From assembly GCA_003250155.1 (NCBI GenBank), contig QKHE01000059.1:1-51196 (forward strand): a stretch of DNA of 51,196 nt. Direction: 5' to 3'. Under the pieces are notes generated by a model. That model ran no database searches. It was not told the DNA's origin and saw only the letters and a list, made by a program, of their open reading frames with translations. The number at the start of each line of letters is the position of its first letter. Positions within the stretch are counted from its first letter, which is position 1. The translations under genes were made by a program, and so were the position numbers. The stretch comes from Chloroflexota bacterium (GTDB lineage: Bacteria > Chloroflexota > Limnocylindria > Limnocylindrales > CSP1-4). This document shows positions 27,472 to 37,348 of the stretch, in pieces.

Positions 27472-27486
27472 CGACGGCGGCGGGAC

Positions 27487-28842
27487 CTAGCCGAGGACGA
27501 CCCGGCCGCCCTTCACCACCGTTCGAACGAGCGACGCGCCCGGCCAGTACGGGATCTGGCGGTGCGTCGGAACGCCCCACACGACGAGATCGGCGGCGCG
27601 GCCGGTCTCGAGTGAGCCGATCTCCTCCGCGAGCCCGAGGGCGGCCGCGGCATTGACCGTGCAGGCCGCGAGCGCCTCGGACGGCGTGAGCTTCAGCATC
27701 AGGCAGGCCACGGTCATCACGAGCGGCAGGCTCGCCGTGGGCGAGGTGCCCGGGTTGAAGTCCGTCGCCAGCGCCACCGGCACGCCCCCATCGATCAGCG
27801 TCCGCGCCGGGGCGTAATGGTCGTGCATCAGGAACCAGGTCGTGGCCGGCAACAGGACCGCGACAACGGGGTGGTCGTCCGCCGCGGCGCGGGCCAGCGC
27901 CTCGACGCCCTCGGGCGACGGCGTCGCGAGATGGTCGGCGGACAGTGCCCCGAGCTCGGCTGCCAGCTCGGCGCCGCCGCTCGGTGCGAGCTCGTCGGCG
28001 TGGAGTCGAGGCTGGAGACCGAGGCGCGCGGCCTCTTCGAGGATCCGTCGCGATTGCTCGGCGCTGAAGACCCCCGCTTCGCAGAAGACGTCGGCGAAGC
28101 GCGCCCGACCCTGGGCCGCAACCCCCGGCAGCTGCTCCTCGAGCAGATGCCGGACGTACGCCTCGGTGCCGTCCGGACGCGCCCGGAACTCGGGTGGCAC
28201 GGCGTGGGCGCCGAGCCACGTCGGCAGGACGTCGATCGGTCCCTCCTCGCCGAGCTGGTGGGCGATCTCGAGGAGCCGCAGCTCGGTCGCCAGGTCCAGC
28301 CCGTAGCCTGACTTCGCCTCGACGGTCGTCGTGCCGTGGGCGAGCATCTCGGCGAGCCAGCGCCGGCCATGTTCGAGCAGCTCGTCGGGCGAGGCGGCAC
28401 GGGTCGCCTCGACGGTCGACAGGATCCCGCCGCCGGCGGCGAGGATCTCGAGATAGCCGGCGCCGCGCTGCCGCAGCACCAGCTCCTCTTCGCGGGAGCC
28501 GCCGAACAGCAGGTGAGTGTGCGGGTCGACGAGTCCCGGCGTGACGGTTCCGCCCGCGGCATCAAGCCGGGCAAAGCGCTCGAGCGGATAGCCGCTCGCC
28601 TCGAGCGCGGGCAGGAGCTCGTGGCGCGGCCCGACGGCGAGCACGCGGCCGTCCCAGCAGGCGACCGCCGGCGCCTCCGGATCGCGGAAATCGTCGGCTG
28701 GCGCGACGAGGGCCGACGGATCGTTCAGCGCCGTCCCGCTTCGCGGCCCGCCGGCCATCGTGACGACCTCGGCCGCGCCCTCGATGAGCAGCCCGCTCGG
28801 CCCTTCTGGCGCGCGACCGCCCTGGATGACCCTGAGTCCCAC
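27487..28842 (-). CDS. hutI: Imidazolonepropionase
   Basis: Motifs GLVDPHTHLLFGG, TTVEAKSGYGL, LHADE and ATDFNPGTSP. Confidence 0.92.
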   Translation of the reverse strand: MGLRVIQGGRAPEGPSGLLIEGAAEVVTMAGGPRSGTALNDPSALVAPADDFRDPEAPAVACWDGRVLAVGPRHELLPALEASGYPLERFARLDAAGGTVTPGLVDPHTHLLFGGSREEELVLRQRGAGYLEILAAGGGILSTVEATRAASPDELLEHGRRWLAEMLAHGTTTVEAKSGYGLDLATELRLLEIAHQLGEEGPIDVLPTWLGAHAVPPEFRARPDGTEAYVRHLLEEQLPGVAAQGRARFADVFCEAGVFSAEQSRRILEEAARLGLQPRLHADELAPSGGAELAAELGALSADHLATPSPEGVEALARAAADDHPVVAVLLPATTWFLMHDHYAPARTLIDGGVPVALATDFNPGTSPTASLPLVMTVACLMLKLTPSEALAACTVNAAAALGLAEEIGSLETGRAADLVVWGVPTHRQIPYWPGASLVRTVVKGGRVVLG

Positions 28843-28844
28843 GA

Positions 28845-29819
28845 TCAGCGCTGCCGTTCCGCCGCTTGGACCGCCTCGAGCCGCCGCTCGAGAACCATCA
28901 GCGGGTCGGGATCACGAAGCCGGAGGTACGTGGCCGCCGCATCGAACCGGCGTCCATCCGGCTCGCCGCGCGGCACGCCGGCGTGATCCGCGACGTCGTC
29001 GAACGCGGCTTGGGGCGCGAGGCCGATCAGCTCCGACTCCCGGACGACCACCCCGGCCTCGGCTGCCAGGCGGCCGACCGCCTCCCAGACCTGCCACATC
29101 GGCGTCGTCGCGAAGTCGAGCAGGTTCATCGAGACCTGGGCACAGCCGAGCTCCTCGATCATGAAGCCGTTGCCCTGGACGGCCGGCAGCCCGCCGCCCG
29201 ACTCCCGGACACCTCGGGCGATCCGCTTCGCGACCTCGACGTCGGCCGTCTCGAGGTTGATGTTCCAGGCGATCAGGAACGGCCGCGCCCCGACGGCCAC
29301 CGCGCCGGCCCGCGGGTGGGCTCGCGACGGCCCGAAGTCCGGCCGGCGCTCCACGTCGTCCGCGGCCAATGCGTCGCGCAGGCCTTCGTAGCCGCCGCGC
29401 CGTACGTCGGCAAGCTTCACGCGCTCCGGCCGCGACGCCGCCCGCGCGTACAGGTACACCGGCAGCTCGAAGCGCCGAGCGACCCGCGCGCCGAAGGCCC
29501 GGGCGAGTCCCACGCAGTCGTCCAACGCCGTGTCGCCGAGCGGCACGAACGGGATCACGTCGACGGCCCCGATGCGCGGATGCTCGCCGGCGTGGCGCTC
29601 CATGTCGATGTCGCGGATCGCGACCGCGATCGTCGCCTCCAGCGCCGCCTCGACCGCCGCCGCCTCGCCCGCGAGCGTCAGCACCGAGCGGTTGTGGGAC
29701 GCGTCGCTGGTCCGGTCGAGCAGGTAGGCGCCGGACGTCGCCGTGACGGCACCCGCGAGGTCGTCGACGACCTCGATTCGCCGCCCCTCGGAGTAGTTCG
29801 GGACCGACTCGACCAGCAC
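28845..29819 (-). CDS. Glutamate formimidoyltransferase (stand-alone FtcD N-terminal-type enzyme)
   Basis: Begins (V)LVESVPNYSEGR, followed by HPRIGAVDVIPFVP. I prefer GTG 29819 to the track start 29894, which would overlap the divergent MFS gene. Confidence 0.85.
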   Translation of the reverse strand: MLVESVPNYSEGRRIEVVDDLAGAVTATSGAYLLDRTSDASHNRSVLTLAGEAAAVEAALEATIAVAIRDIDMERHAGEHPRIGAVDVIPFVPLGDTALDDCVGLARAFGARVARRFELPVYLYARAASRPERVKLADVRRGGYEGLRDALAADDVERRPDFGPSRAHPRAGAVAVGARPFLIAWNINLETADVEVAKRIARGVRESGGGLPAVQGNGFMIEELGCAQVSMNLLDFATTPMWQVWEAVGRLAAEAGVVVRESELIGLAPQAAFDDVADHAGVPRGEPDGRRFDAAATYLRLRDPDPLMVLERRLEAVQAAERQR

Positions 29820-29865
29820 GCCGCCATCGTGACATGCCGGCGAGCCCGGCGAGTGGTCGTCGTTC

Positions 29866-31167
29866 GTGTCACCGTTGCCGGTCGTGAGCCTCATCCAGCG
29901 CCTTCGGGCCGCGCCGATCCTTCGCCCGCTCGAGGCCCGCGACTTCCGGCTCCTCGTCTTCGGGGCCGTGGTCTCGCTGCTCGGCGACGGCTTCTTCTAC
30001 GTCGCGCTGGCGTGGCAGGTCTACGACATCAGCAACGTCCCCACCGCGCTCTCGATGATCGGCCTGGCCTGGACGCTGCCGATGGTCGTGCTGCTGCTCG
30101 TCGGCGGGGCGATGTCCGATCGCTATGACCGGCGCCGGCTGATGATCGGCGCGGACGTGCTGCGCGCGGCCGCGATCGGAGCGATGGCCGTCCTGTCGTG
30201 GACGGGCGTGATCGAGCTGTGGCATGTGGCGGCGCTGATCGCCCTGGTCGGGGTCGGGGACGCATTCTTCAACCCGGCGTCCACGGCGATCATCCCGGAC
30301 CTGCTGCCGGCGGAGCGCCTGCCGGCGGCCAATGCCCTCGCCGGGATGTACCGGCCGCTGACGTTCCGACTGGTCGGGCCGGCCCTCGCCGGTGTCGCCG
30401 TCGCAGCGTTCGGGCCGGGCCTCGCGTTCGGCATCGACGCGGTCTCCTTCGTCGGTTCGGCCCTCGCCATCGCCGCCATCGGGACCCGCCCGAAGGCGAG
30501 GCCCACCGGCCGGCTCAGCCCCCGGACGACGTTCGCCGAGGTCGGCGAGGGGCTGCGCTTCGTGCGCGGCCAGCCCTGGATCTGGGCAACGCTCGTGGCG
30601 GCGATGCTCAGCCTGCTGGTGTTCCTGGGACCGCTCGAGGTCCTGGTACCGTTCCTGGTCAAGAACCGGCTCGGGCAGGGGCCCGAATCGCTCGGCGCGA
30701 TCTTCGCGGCCGGTGGCGTCGGGTCGATCGCGATGGCCCTCGCGATCGGGCAGCTGGGCCTGCCGCGACGCAGGATGACGGTGATGTTCGCGGCCTGGTC
30801 GGGTGGTGTCGCGGCGATGGCCGTGATCGGGCTGATGACCGACCTCTGGCAGGCGCTGATCTCGAGCCTCGTCACCCACGCGCTGTTCGAGCTTGGCCAG
30901 GTCATCTGGACGACGATGCTCCAGCAGCGCGTCCCGCGCCAGCTCCTCGGCCGTGTCTCGAGCCTCGACTGGCTGATGTCGACTGGGCTCGTGCCGATCT
31001 CGTTCGCCCTGACCGGTCCGGCGGCGGACCTGTTCGGGCCGGAGGCCACGATGGTCGGCGCGTCGCTCATCGGGGCCGTGCTGATGTTCGTGCTGCTGTT
31101 CGTGCCGGGCGTTCGAGATCCGGAGCGCGAGCCGGCGGGGCTGGCGCCGCTGGCCGGTCAGAGTTGA
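29866..31167 (+). CDS. MFS transporter (MFS_3/EntS-like)
   Basis: 12-TM pattern. Begins RDFRLLVFGAVVSLLGDGFFYVALAWQV. The start is either GTG 29866 or GTG 29884. Confidence 0.85.
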   Translation: MSPLPVVSLIQRLRAAPILRPLEARDFRLLVFGAVVSLLGDGFFYVALAWQVYDISNVPTALSMIGLAWTLPMVVLLLVGGAMSDRYDRRRLMIGADVLRAAAIGAMAVLSWTGVIELWHVAALIALVGVGDAFFNPASTAIIPDLLPAERLPAANALAGMYRPLTFRLVGPALAGVAVAAFGPGLAFGIDAVSFVGSALAIAAIGTRPKARPTGRLSPRTTFAEVGEGLRFVRGQPWIWATLVAAMLSLLVFLGPLEVLVPFLVKNRLGQGPESLGAIFAAGGVGSIAMALAIGQLGLPRRRMTVMFAAWSGGVAAMAVIGLMTDLWQALISSLVTHALFELGQVIWTTMLQQRVPRQLLGRVSSLDWLMSTGLVPISFALTGPAADLFGPEATMVGASLIGAVLMFVLLFVPGVRDPEREPAGLAPLAGQS

Positions 31168-31202
31168 TTCGCCGTCTACGTTTCACTTAATAGATAGCGG
31201 AC

Positions 31203-31232
31203 TTGACATTTCGAAACAGCGTTTGCCATAGT
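31203..31232 (+). promoter_or_regulatory. Sigma-70-like promoter: TTGACA, 18 nt, CATAGT
   Basis: Lies in a 104-nt low-GC intergenic island. The palindromes TTTCGAAA and GTGTGcgcCACAC sit within and just after it. Confidence 0.4.
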
Positions 31233-31271
31233 GTGCGCCACACTGTCCTGAACCAGAGGCAACGACTCGAA

Positions 31272-32600
31272 ATGTCCCTCCAAGCATCGGACGCCCAACC
31301 GGGTTCGCCACCCCCGTCGCCGCTCGCGAACCGTGACTTCCGGCTGCTGTGGCTCGGTGAAGCGATCTCCACGATTGGCGACCAGTTCGCCCTCATCGCA
31401 TTGCCGTGGCTGGCGCTCGTCCTGACCGGCAGCGCGCTGGCGCTCGGTGGCGTGCTGGCCGTGATGGCCATCCCGCGAGCGCTGCTGATGGTCGTCGGCG
31501 GCGCCTGGGTGGACCGCGTTTCGCCGCGGCGCGTGATGCTGGCCTCGAACGCGGTCCGCCTCGTGGCGGTCACGGTCCTCGGCATCGTCGTGCTCGAGGG
31601 CGCCGCCGAGCTGTGGATGCTGTATGCCTTCGCGCTCGTCTTCGGCGTCGCCGACGCGTTCTTCTTCCCGGCCAACACCTCGATCGTGCCCCAGCTCGTG
31701 GAGCAGCACCAGCTCCAGCGCGCCAACGGCATCGTGCAGGGCACAGCGCAGGCAGCTGTCCTGATCGGACCGGCGCTCGCCGGCGGCATCGTCGCCGCCC
31801 TGTCGTCGTCGGGCACGGATGCCAGCCAGGCCGGGATCGCGATCGCCCTGCTCCTCGACGGCGCGACGTTCCTCGTCTCGATGGTCACGCTGTGGCTGAT
31901 CCGGCACCGCGGCGCCGTCCGCTCGGCGGCGGACCGCTCGATCCTCGACGAGATCGGCGAGGGCGTTCGATTCGTGTGGGGGATGCCGACGCTGCGATTG
32001 GTGATCCTGGTGAGCCTGACGGCCAACCTGCTCATCGTCGGCCCGTCCGAGGTGGGCCTGCCGGTGATCGCCTACACCCGCCTGCCGGAGGGCCCCGCCG
32101 CGTTCGGCATCATCATGTCGGCCTTCGGGGGCGGATCGCTCATCGGCCTCGCGATCGCGGCGCTGCTGCCCGCACCACCGGCGCGGCTCCTTGGGCCGGT
32201 GGTGATGGTCACCATCGGCATCGCCGGCCTCGGCCTGGCCGTCCTGCCCCTCGCCAGCACGACGATCGTGGCCGCCGCCATGACGGCGGTGAGCGGCGGG
32301 GCCCTCGGCTACGGCAACCTGCTGGGCATCACGTGGATCCAGGCCCGCATTCCGTCGGAGCTCATGGGTCGGGTGATGAGCCTGATGATGCTCGGCTCGA
32401 TGGGCATGGTGCCGGTCTCGCAGCTGGTCGCCGGTGCGGCCGTCACGGTCAGCCTCGACGGGATGCTGATCGTCTCTGGAACCGGACTCGCCGTCGTGGT
32501 GCTCCTGTCGCTGCTCTCGCCGAGGATCCGTGACCTGGGCCTGGCCCCGGTGGTTCGGCGCTCGGCCGAGCCCGAGCTCGCTCAGTCGCCGGCGGCCTGA
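31272..32600 (+). CDS. MFS transporter, paralogue of 29866..31167
   Basis: Begins [28 protein letters not shown], with a 12-TM pattern. Start trimmed to ATG 31272. Its 3' end overlaps the hutU 3' end by 19 nt. Confidence 0.85.
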   Translation: MSLQASDAQPGSPPPSPLANRDFRLLWLGEAISTIGDQFALIALPWLALVLTGSALALGGVLAVMAIPRALLMVVGGAWVDRVSPRRVMLASNAVRLVAVTVLGIVVLEGAAELWMLYAFALVFGVADAFFFPANTSIVPQLVEQHQLQRANGIVQGTAQAAVLIGPALAGGIVAALSSSGTDASQAGIAIALLLDGATFLVSMVTLWLIRHRGAVRSAADRSILDEIGEGVRFVWGMPTLRLVILVSLTANLLIVGPSEVGLPVIAYTRLPEGPAAFGIIMSAFGGGSLIGLAIAALLPAPPARLLGPVVMVTIGIAGLGLAVLPLASTTIVAAAMTAVSGGALGYGNLLGITWIQARIPSELMGRVMSLMMLGSMGMVPVSQLVAGAAVTVSLDGMLIVSGTGLAVVVLLSLLSPRIRDLGLAPVVRRSAEPELAQSPAA

Positions 32601-34264
32601 TCCTGCAGCATCGGGATCCGGACCCCGCGCTCCCCTGCCACCTCGATCGCCCGCTCGTAGCCGGCATCCGCGTGCCGGAGGACGCCCATCGCCGGGTCGG
32701 TCGTGAGCACCCGTTCCAGCTTCTGCGCGGCGAGGTCCGTGCCGTCCGCGACGACCACCATGCCGGCATGCTGCGAATACCCGATTCCGACCCCACCACC
32801 GTGATGGATCGAGACCCACGTGGCGCCCGCGGCCGTGTTGACCAGGGCGTTGAGGAGCGGCCAGTCGGCCACGGCGTCGCTCCCGTCTCGCATCGCCTCG
32901 GTCTCGCGATTCGGTGACGCGACGGAGCCCGAGTCGAGGTGGTCGCGCCCGATCACGATGGGCGCGCCGACCTCGCCCGAGCGGACGAGCTCGTTGAACG
33001 CCAGGCCGGCCTTCGAGCGCTCGCCGTAGCCGAGCCAGCAGATCCGTGCCGGCAGCCCCTGGAACGGCACCTTCGCCTCGGCCATCTCGATCCAGCGGCG
33101 CAGTGACGGGTCGTCGGGAAACAGCTCCAGGATCGCCTGGTCGGTCCGGATGATGTCGTTCGGATCGCCGGACAGCGCGGCCCAGCGGAACGGGCCGCGG
33201 CCCTCGCAGAACTGCGGCCGGATGAAGGCCGGCACGAAGCCCGGATAGTCGAACGCGTCGTCGACCCCAGCCTCCCTGGCCTGCGCGCGCAGGTTGTTGC
33301 CGTAGTCGAAGACGACGGCGCCGGCGCGCTGGAACGCCAGCATCGCCCGGACGTGGTCGGCCATCGAACGCATCGAGCGGCGGACGTACTCGTCCGGCTG
33401 GCTGGCGCGGAGCAACAGCGCGTCGCCGAGCGCGATCTCCGACGGCACGTAGCCGGCCAGCGCATCGTGGGCCGAGGTCTGGTCGGTGACGACGTCGAAC
33501 CGCTCGCCGGCCTTCGCCCAGGCCGGCTCGATCTCGGCAGCGTTGCCGATGAGGGCGATCGAGCGCGCCTCGCCCGCGTCGGCCCAGCCCCGCGCGGTCG
33601 CGAGCGCCTCGGCCGGATCCTCGGTCAGGGCGTCGACGTAGCCGATCTCGTGGCGCCGTCGGGCCCGGGCCGGATCGACCTCGATCACCAGGCAGACGCC
33701 CTCGTTCATCGTGACCGCCAGCGGCTGGGCGCCGCCCATGCCGCCCAGGCCGGCCGTCAGCGTGACCCGCCCGCGCAGCGTCCCGCCGAAGTGCTGCCGG
33801 GCCAACTCGGCGAACGTCTCGAAGGTGCCCTGGAGGATGCCCTGCGTGCCGATGTAGATCCACGAGCCCGCGGTCATCTGGCCGTACATCATCAGCCCGT
33901 CGCGCTCGAGCTCGCGAAAGTGCTCCCACGTCGCCCACCTCCCGACGAGGTTGGAGTTGGCGATGAGGACGCGCGGCGCCCACTCATGGGTTCGCAGCAC
34001 CCCGACCGGCTTGCCGCTCTGGACCAGCAGCGTCTCGTCGTCGGCGAGACGTCGCAGCTCGCGCACGATCGCGTCGAACGCCTCCCACGACCGCGCCGCC
34101 CGGCCCGTCCCGCCGTACACCACGAGCGCGTCGGGGTTCTCGGCGACCTCCGGGTCGAGGTTGTTCATCAGCATCCGCAGCGCCGCTTCCTGGCCCCAGC
34201 CGCGGCAACTGAGCTCCGAGCCACGGGGAGCCCGGACCGACCGCGCGCCGGGCAGTGGATCCAT
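32582..34264 (-). CDS. hutU: Urocanate hydratase
   Basis: Motifs [34 protein letters not shown] and [10 protein letters not shown]. Confidence 0.95.
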   Translation of the reverse strand: MDPLPGARSVRAPRGSELSCRGWGQEAALRMLMNNLDPEVAENPDALVVYGGTGRAARSWEAFDAIVRELRRLADDETLLVQSGKPVGVLRTHEWAPRVLIANSNLVGRWATWEHFRELERDGLMMYGQMTAGSWIYIGTQGILQGTFETFAELARQHFGGTLRGRVTLTAGLGGMGGAQPLAVTMNEGVCLVIEVDPARARRRHEIGYVDALTEDPAEALATARGWADAGEARSIALIGNAAEIEPAWAKAGERFDVVTDQTSAHDALAGYVPSEIALGDALLLRASQPDEYVRRSMRSMADHVRAMLAFQRAGAVVFDYGNNLRAQAREAGVDDAFDYPGFVPAFIRPQFCEGRGPFRWAALSGDPNDIIRTDQAILELFPDDPSLRRWIEMAEAKVPFQGLPARICWLGYGERSKAGLAFNELVRSGEVGAPIVIGRDHLDSGSVASPNRETEAMRDGSDAVADWPLLNALVNTAAGATWVSIHHGGGVGIGYSQHAGMVVVADGTDLAAQKLERVLTTDPAMGVLRHADAGYERAIEVAGERGVRIPMLQDQAAGD

Positions 34265-34267
34265 GCC

Positions 34268-34924
34268 TCAGCCCTCGATTCGCAGGTTCGACACGAGCTC
34301 CTCGCCGAAGCGCCCGTCGCCGAGCGACCACGAGGAGATCAGGATGCCATCGCCCTGGACCAGCACGTGGTAGGTCCGGATGCCGCCCTCGCAGGTGCCG
34401 ATGTAGACCGTCCGGCCGTCGATCTCGGCCTCCGCGTGACCGATGACGAGGCCGGCGTCGGCGCAGGCGCCCTCGTCGTACGAGTCGCGCCAGTCCCGGA
34501 AGCCGGCGTCGCTCAGCGCGCCCGGCCGGAGCGCCACGACGAGCGCGAAGACGAGGTTCCCGCTTCCGGTGTCGACGGCCACCGCGGCATCGATCGTCGC
34601 GCCGACTCGCTGCAGGTCGGCGTTCGAGAGGGCCAGCGCTGCCTCGTCGAGCGACTCGACGACATCAACCCCGCTGACCTGCTCCGGGAGCAGCTCGAGG
34701 AGGCTCGCATCGATCGTCAGGGGGGTCGTCCCGTCGTCGGGCGTCGGGCTCGGCGGCGGACCGAAGCTCTCCGGCGGGGCGATCGTCTCGCTGCCCGTCG
34801 GGCCGGCCGTCGGGTCATTCGACGCCGGTCGGTCGGTGGGGCCGTTCGTGTCGCCGCAACCCCCGAGGACCAGCGCCGCGGCGAGCAGCACGCCGAGGCG
34901 CCCGGGACCCACCGTCCGGGCCAT
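34268..34924 (-). CDS. Lipoprotein of unknown function
   Basis: Lipobox LVLGGCG, a Pro-rich linker, then a domain of about 150 aa. Wedged between the GNAT gene and hutU. Confidence 0.7.
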   Translation of the reverse strand: MARTVGPGRLGVLLAAALVLGGCGDTNGPTDRPASNDPTAGPTGSETIAPPESFGPPPSPTPDDGTTPLTIDASLLELLPEQVSGVDVVESLDEAALALSNADLQRVGATIDAAVAVDTGSGNLVFALVVALRPGALSDAGFRDWRDSYDEGACADAGLVIGHAEAEIDGRTVYIGTCEGGIRTYHVLVQGDGILISSWSLGDGRFGEELVSNLRIEG

Positions 34925-35703
34925 CAGAGCTCCCGCCGCACGACCGGATAGCGCGCATCGTCGACCACCAGCTCGAAGCCACAGTCCGTCCAGAAGGCCG
35001 GGTTGGCCGCGCTCGTCGCATCGGGCCGGGCGTCGGGCTCGGGATACGCCTCGATGGCGCTGAAGCCGCGCCGCCCGAGGTCCTCGACGACGTCGAGCAC
35101 GAGCCGCTTCGCCAGGCCTGCGCCGCGCACGGCCGAGGTCGTCGCGATGCAGGTGATGATCGCCGGCGCCGGGGAGGTGGGCAGCTGGGGATAGAGCTCG
35201 CGGACCCGCTGGGCGCGGGGATAGGCCGACAGCGGACCGAACTGGCAGTACGCGACCGGCTCGCCGTCGACCTCGAGGACCTTGGCGTACGAGCCGAAGA
35301 CGGCCAGGCCGCGGCCCAGCAATTGCAGCTTGCGCGGCGCGCCGGCCCCGACCGCCGGCCCGCGCTCACGACGCGGCGCGAACGGATTCTCGACGGGCTC
35401 ATCGTCGCCGTCGCCGAACAGGCCGGCGGCGCTCGGACTCCCACCGCCCGCCGCCGCCCGGGGGTCGAACGGGTTGTATGCCGGGCCGCGCTGCGGCGCG
35501 AACGGGTTGTCGGCCGGGGCCGGGCCGGTCGGGGCCGCCGGGGCGGCCGGTTCGAGCCACGCCAGCCGGGCGGCCTTCGATCCCCGGTGCTCGTCCTCCC
35601 AGTAGTCGCAGGTTCGATGGTCGAAGCCGGGGTCGGCACATGGCGGGATCCGCCCGAACCCCTCCCGATCCACCACGTCGAGGACGCGGATCTCCGGACT
35701 CAC
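34924..35703 (-). CDS. GNAT-family N-acetyltransferase with a disordered insert bearing three NPF motifs
   Basis: N-terminal PPCADPGFDHRTCDYWEDE. C-terminal GNAT core (ATTSAVRGAGLAKRLVLDVVEDLGRRGFSAIEAYP). GTG 35703 forms a GTGA overlap with the hutH stop. Confidence 0.7.
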   Translation of the reverse strand: MSPEIRVLDVVDREGFGRIPPCADPGFDHRTCDYWEDEHRGSKAARLAWLEPAAPAAPTGPAPADNPFAPQRGPAYNPFDPRAAAGGGSPSAAGLFGDGDDEPVENPFAPRRERGPAVGAGAPRKLQLLGRGLAVFGSYAKVLEVDGEPVAYCQFGPLSAYPRAQRVRELYPQLPTSPAPAIITCIATTSAVRGAGLAKRLVLDVVEDLGRRGFSAIEAYPEPDARPDATSAANPAFWTDCGFELVVDDARYPVVRREL

Positions 35704-37283
35704 CCGGCGGCACCTGGTCGCGTGAGCGCCGCCAGCGAGCCGCTTCGCACGAGCTTCGTGGCCGCCTCGAGATCCGGACCCGGCTCGCGATCGCCGTCCC
35801 ACGGCTTCACGATCTCACGAACCGTGGCGAGGGCCGCCTCCACGCCGACGCCGGGCCTGGCGTCGGCGAGCGACTCGAGGCGCAGCTCGAGGGCCCGGGC
35901 GGCACAGATCAGCTCGATCGCGATGATCCGCTCCACGTGCTCCAGGATCCGCTGCGCGCCGCGCCCGGCGATCGGGCCCATCGAGACGTGGTCCTCCTGG
36001 TTGGCGCTCGTGGGGATCGAATCGACGGACGCGGGGTGGGCCAGGACCTTGTTCTCGGACACCAGCGCCGCGGCGGTGTACTGCAGGAGCATCAGCCCGC
36101 TCTCGAGCCCCGATTCCGATCCCAGGAACGGCGTCAGCCCGCCGTTCAGGCGCGGGTCCAGGAGCAGCGCGACGCGCCGCTCGCTGATCGAGCCCAGCTC
36201 GGCCAGGGCGAGCTTCGCGAAGTCCAGGCCCAGCGCCACCGGCTCGCCGTGGAAGTTGCCGCCCGAGATCACGCGCCCGCCGCCGGTCGCCTCCGTGTCG
36301 GGCGCCACCGCCCCGCCGTTCGGGAAGATCAGCGGGTTGTCGGTCGCGGCGTTCATCTCGATCGCGAGCACCCGGCGGAGGTGGTCGAGCGCGTCGAGGA
36401 CGGCGCCGTGGACCTGCGGGACGCAGCGCAGCGAGTACGGGTCCTGGACCTTGTGGCGATGCCCGTGGTGCGAGTCCTGGACGTTCGACTGGCGGAGCAG
36501 GTGCCGGAGCTCGGCGGCGATCTCGAGCTGGCCCGGGTGCGGCCGTGCCCGCTGATACGCCTCGGCAAAGGCGACGTCGGTGCCGAGCATCGCCTCGACG
36601 CTCATCGCCGCGGCGACGCTGGCGGTCGCGACGAGACGGTCCGCGTCGGCCAGCAGCAGGGCCCCGATCGCCGACATCAGCTGGGTCCCGTTGAGCAGCG
36701 CCAGACCCTCCTTCGCCTCGAGGGTCAGCGGCTCGAGATCGAGCTCGCGCAGGGCGACGAGCGCCGGCATGTGGTGCCCGCCCAACTCGACCTGGCCGCG
36801 GCCGATGAGGGGCAGCGCGAGATGGGCCAGCGGCGCCAGGTCGCCCGATGCGCCGACCGAGCCCTGCGCCGGGACCACCGGGTGGAGCTGGCGGTTGAGC
36901 AGCTCGAGCAGCCGCTCGGCGACGAGGGGCCGGGCACCCGAGTAGCCAAGCGCCAGCGTGTTGGCCCGGAGCAGCAGCATCGCCCGGACGACGTCGCGCG
37001 GCAGCGGCTCACCGACGCCCGCGGCATGGCTCATCAGGAGGTTGACCTGGAGCCGCTCGGCGTCGTCGCGGCCGATCGAGCGGTCGGCCAGCGCGCCGAC
37101 GCCGGTCGTGACGCCGTACACCACCGCGTCCGCCGCGACGAGCTCCTCGACGACCGCGCGGGAGCGGTCCATCCGCACGCGCGCCGCCGGGTCGAGGACG
37201 ACCGGGGCGCCCCAGCGGGCCACGGCCTCAACGTCGGCGACGGTCAGGTCGGCCCCGCTCACGACCACCGATCCGCCGCTCAC
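35700..37283 (-). CDS. hutH: Histidine ammonia-lyase
   Basis: MIO-forming GASGDLAPLAHL, plus YGVTTGVGALA and LLNGTQ. Confidence 0.95.
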   Translation of the reverse strand: MSGGSVVVSGADLTVADVEAVARWGAPVVLDPAARVRMDRSRAVVEELVAADAVVYGVTTGVGALADRSIGRDDAERLQVNLLMSHAAGVGEPLPRDVVRAMLLLRANTLALGYSGARPLVAERLLELLNRQLHPVVPAQGSVGASGDLAPLAHLALPLIGRGQVELGGHHMPALVALRELDLEPLTLEAKEGLALLNGTQLMSAIGALLLADADRLVATASVAAAMSVEAMLGTDVAFAEAYQRARPHPGQLEIAAELRHLLRQSNVQDSHHGHRHKVQDPYSLRCVPQVHGAVLDALDHLRRVLAIEMNAATDNPLIFPNGGAVAPDTEATGGGRVISGGNFHGEPVALGLDFAKLALAELGSISERRVALLLDPRLNGGLTPFLGSESGLESGLMLLQYTAAALVSENKVLAHPASVDSIPTSANQEDHVSMGPIAGRGAQRILEHVERIIAIELICAARALELRLESLADARPGVGVEAALATVREIVKPWDGDREPGPDLEAATKLVRSGSLAALTRPGAAG

Positions 37284-37290
37284 GAGGGTC

Positions 37291-37308
37291 AGGATAGTGG
37301 GCTATCCT
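37291..37308. promoter_or_regulatory. Palindrome AGGATAG-tggg-CTATCCT, 8 nt upstream of the hutH start
   Basis: Perfect 7-nt arms in the 65-nt hutH/dedA divergent region. On the minus strand the AGGA of one arm doubles as the hutH Shine-Dalgarno sequence. Confidence 0.3.
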
Positions 37309-37348
37309 CGCGCACGTTCCCTGACCGTGCCCTGACTGACGAGGCCGC

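Noticed and set aside
31176-33983. A 935-aa minus-strand ORF. Similar very long ORFs occur at 552..1760(+), 571..1758(-), 12656..14641(-), 16375..18522(-), 19647..21164(-), 20668..22416(+), 35478..37388(+) and 46045..48159(-).
   Set aside because: Their translations are Arg/Gly/Pro/Ala/Asp-rich low-complexity strings. They lie antisense to, or out of frame with, genes that carry clear family motifs (MFS, hutU, FAH, tdh, dnaB and others). Such open frames are expected at about 70% GC.
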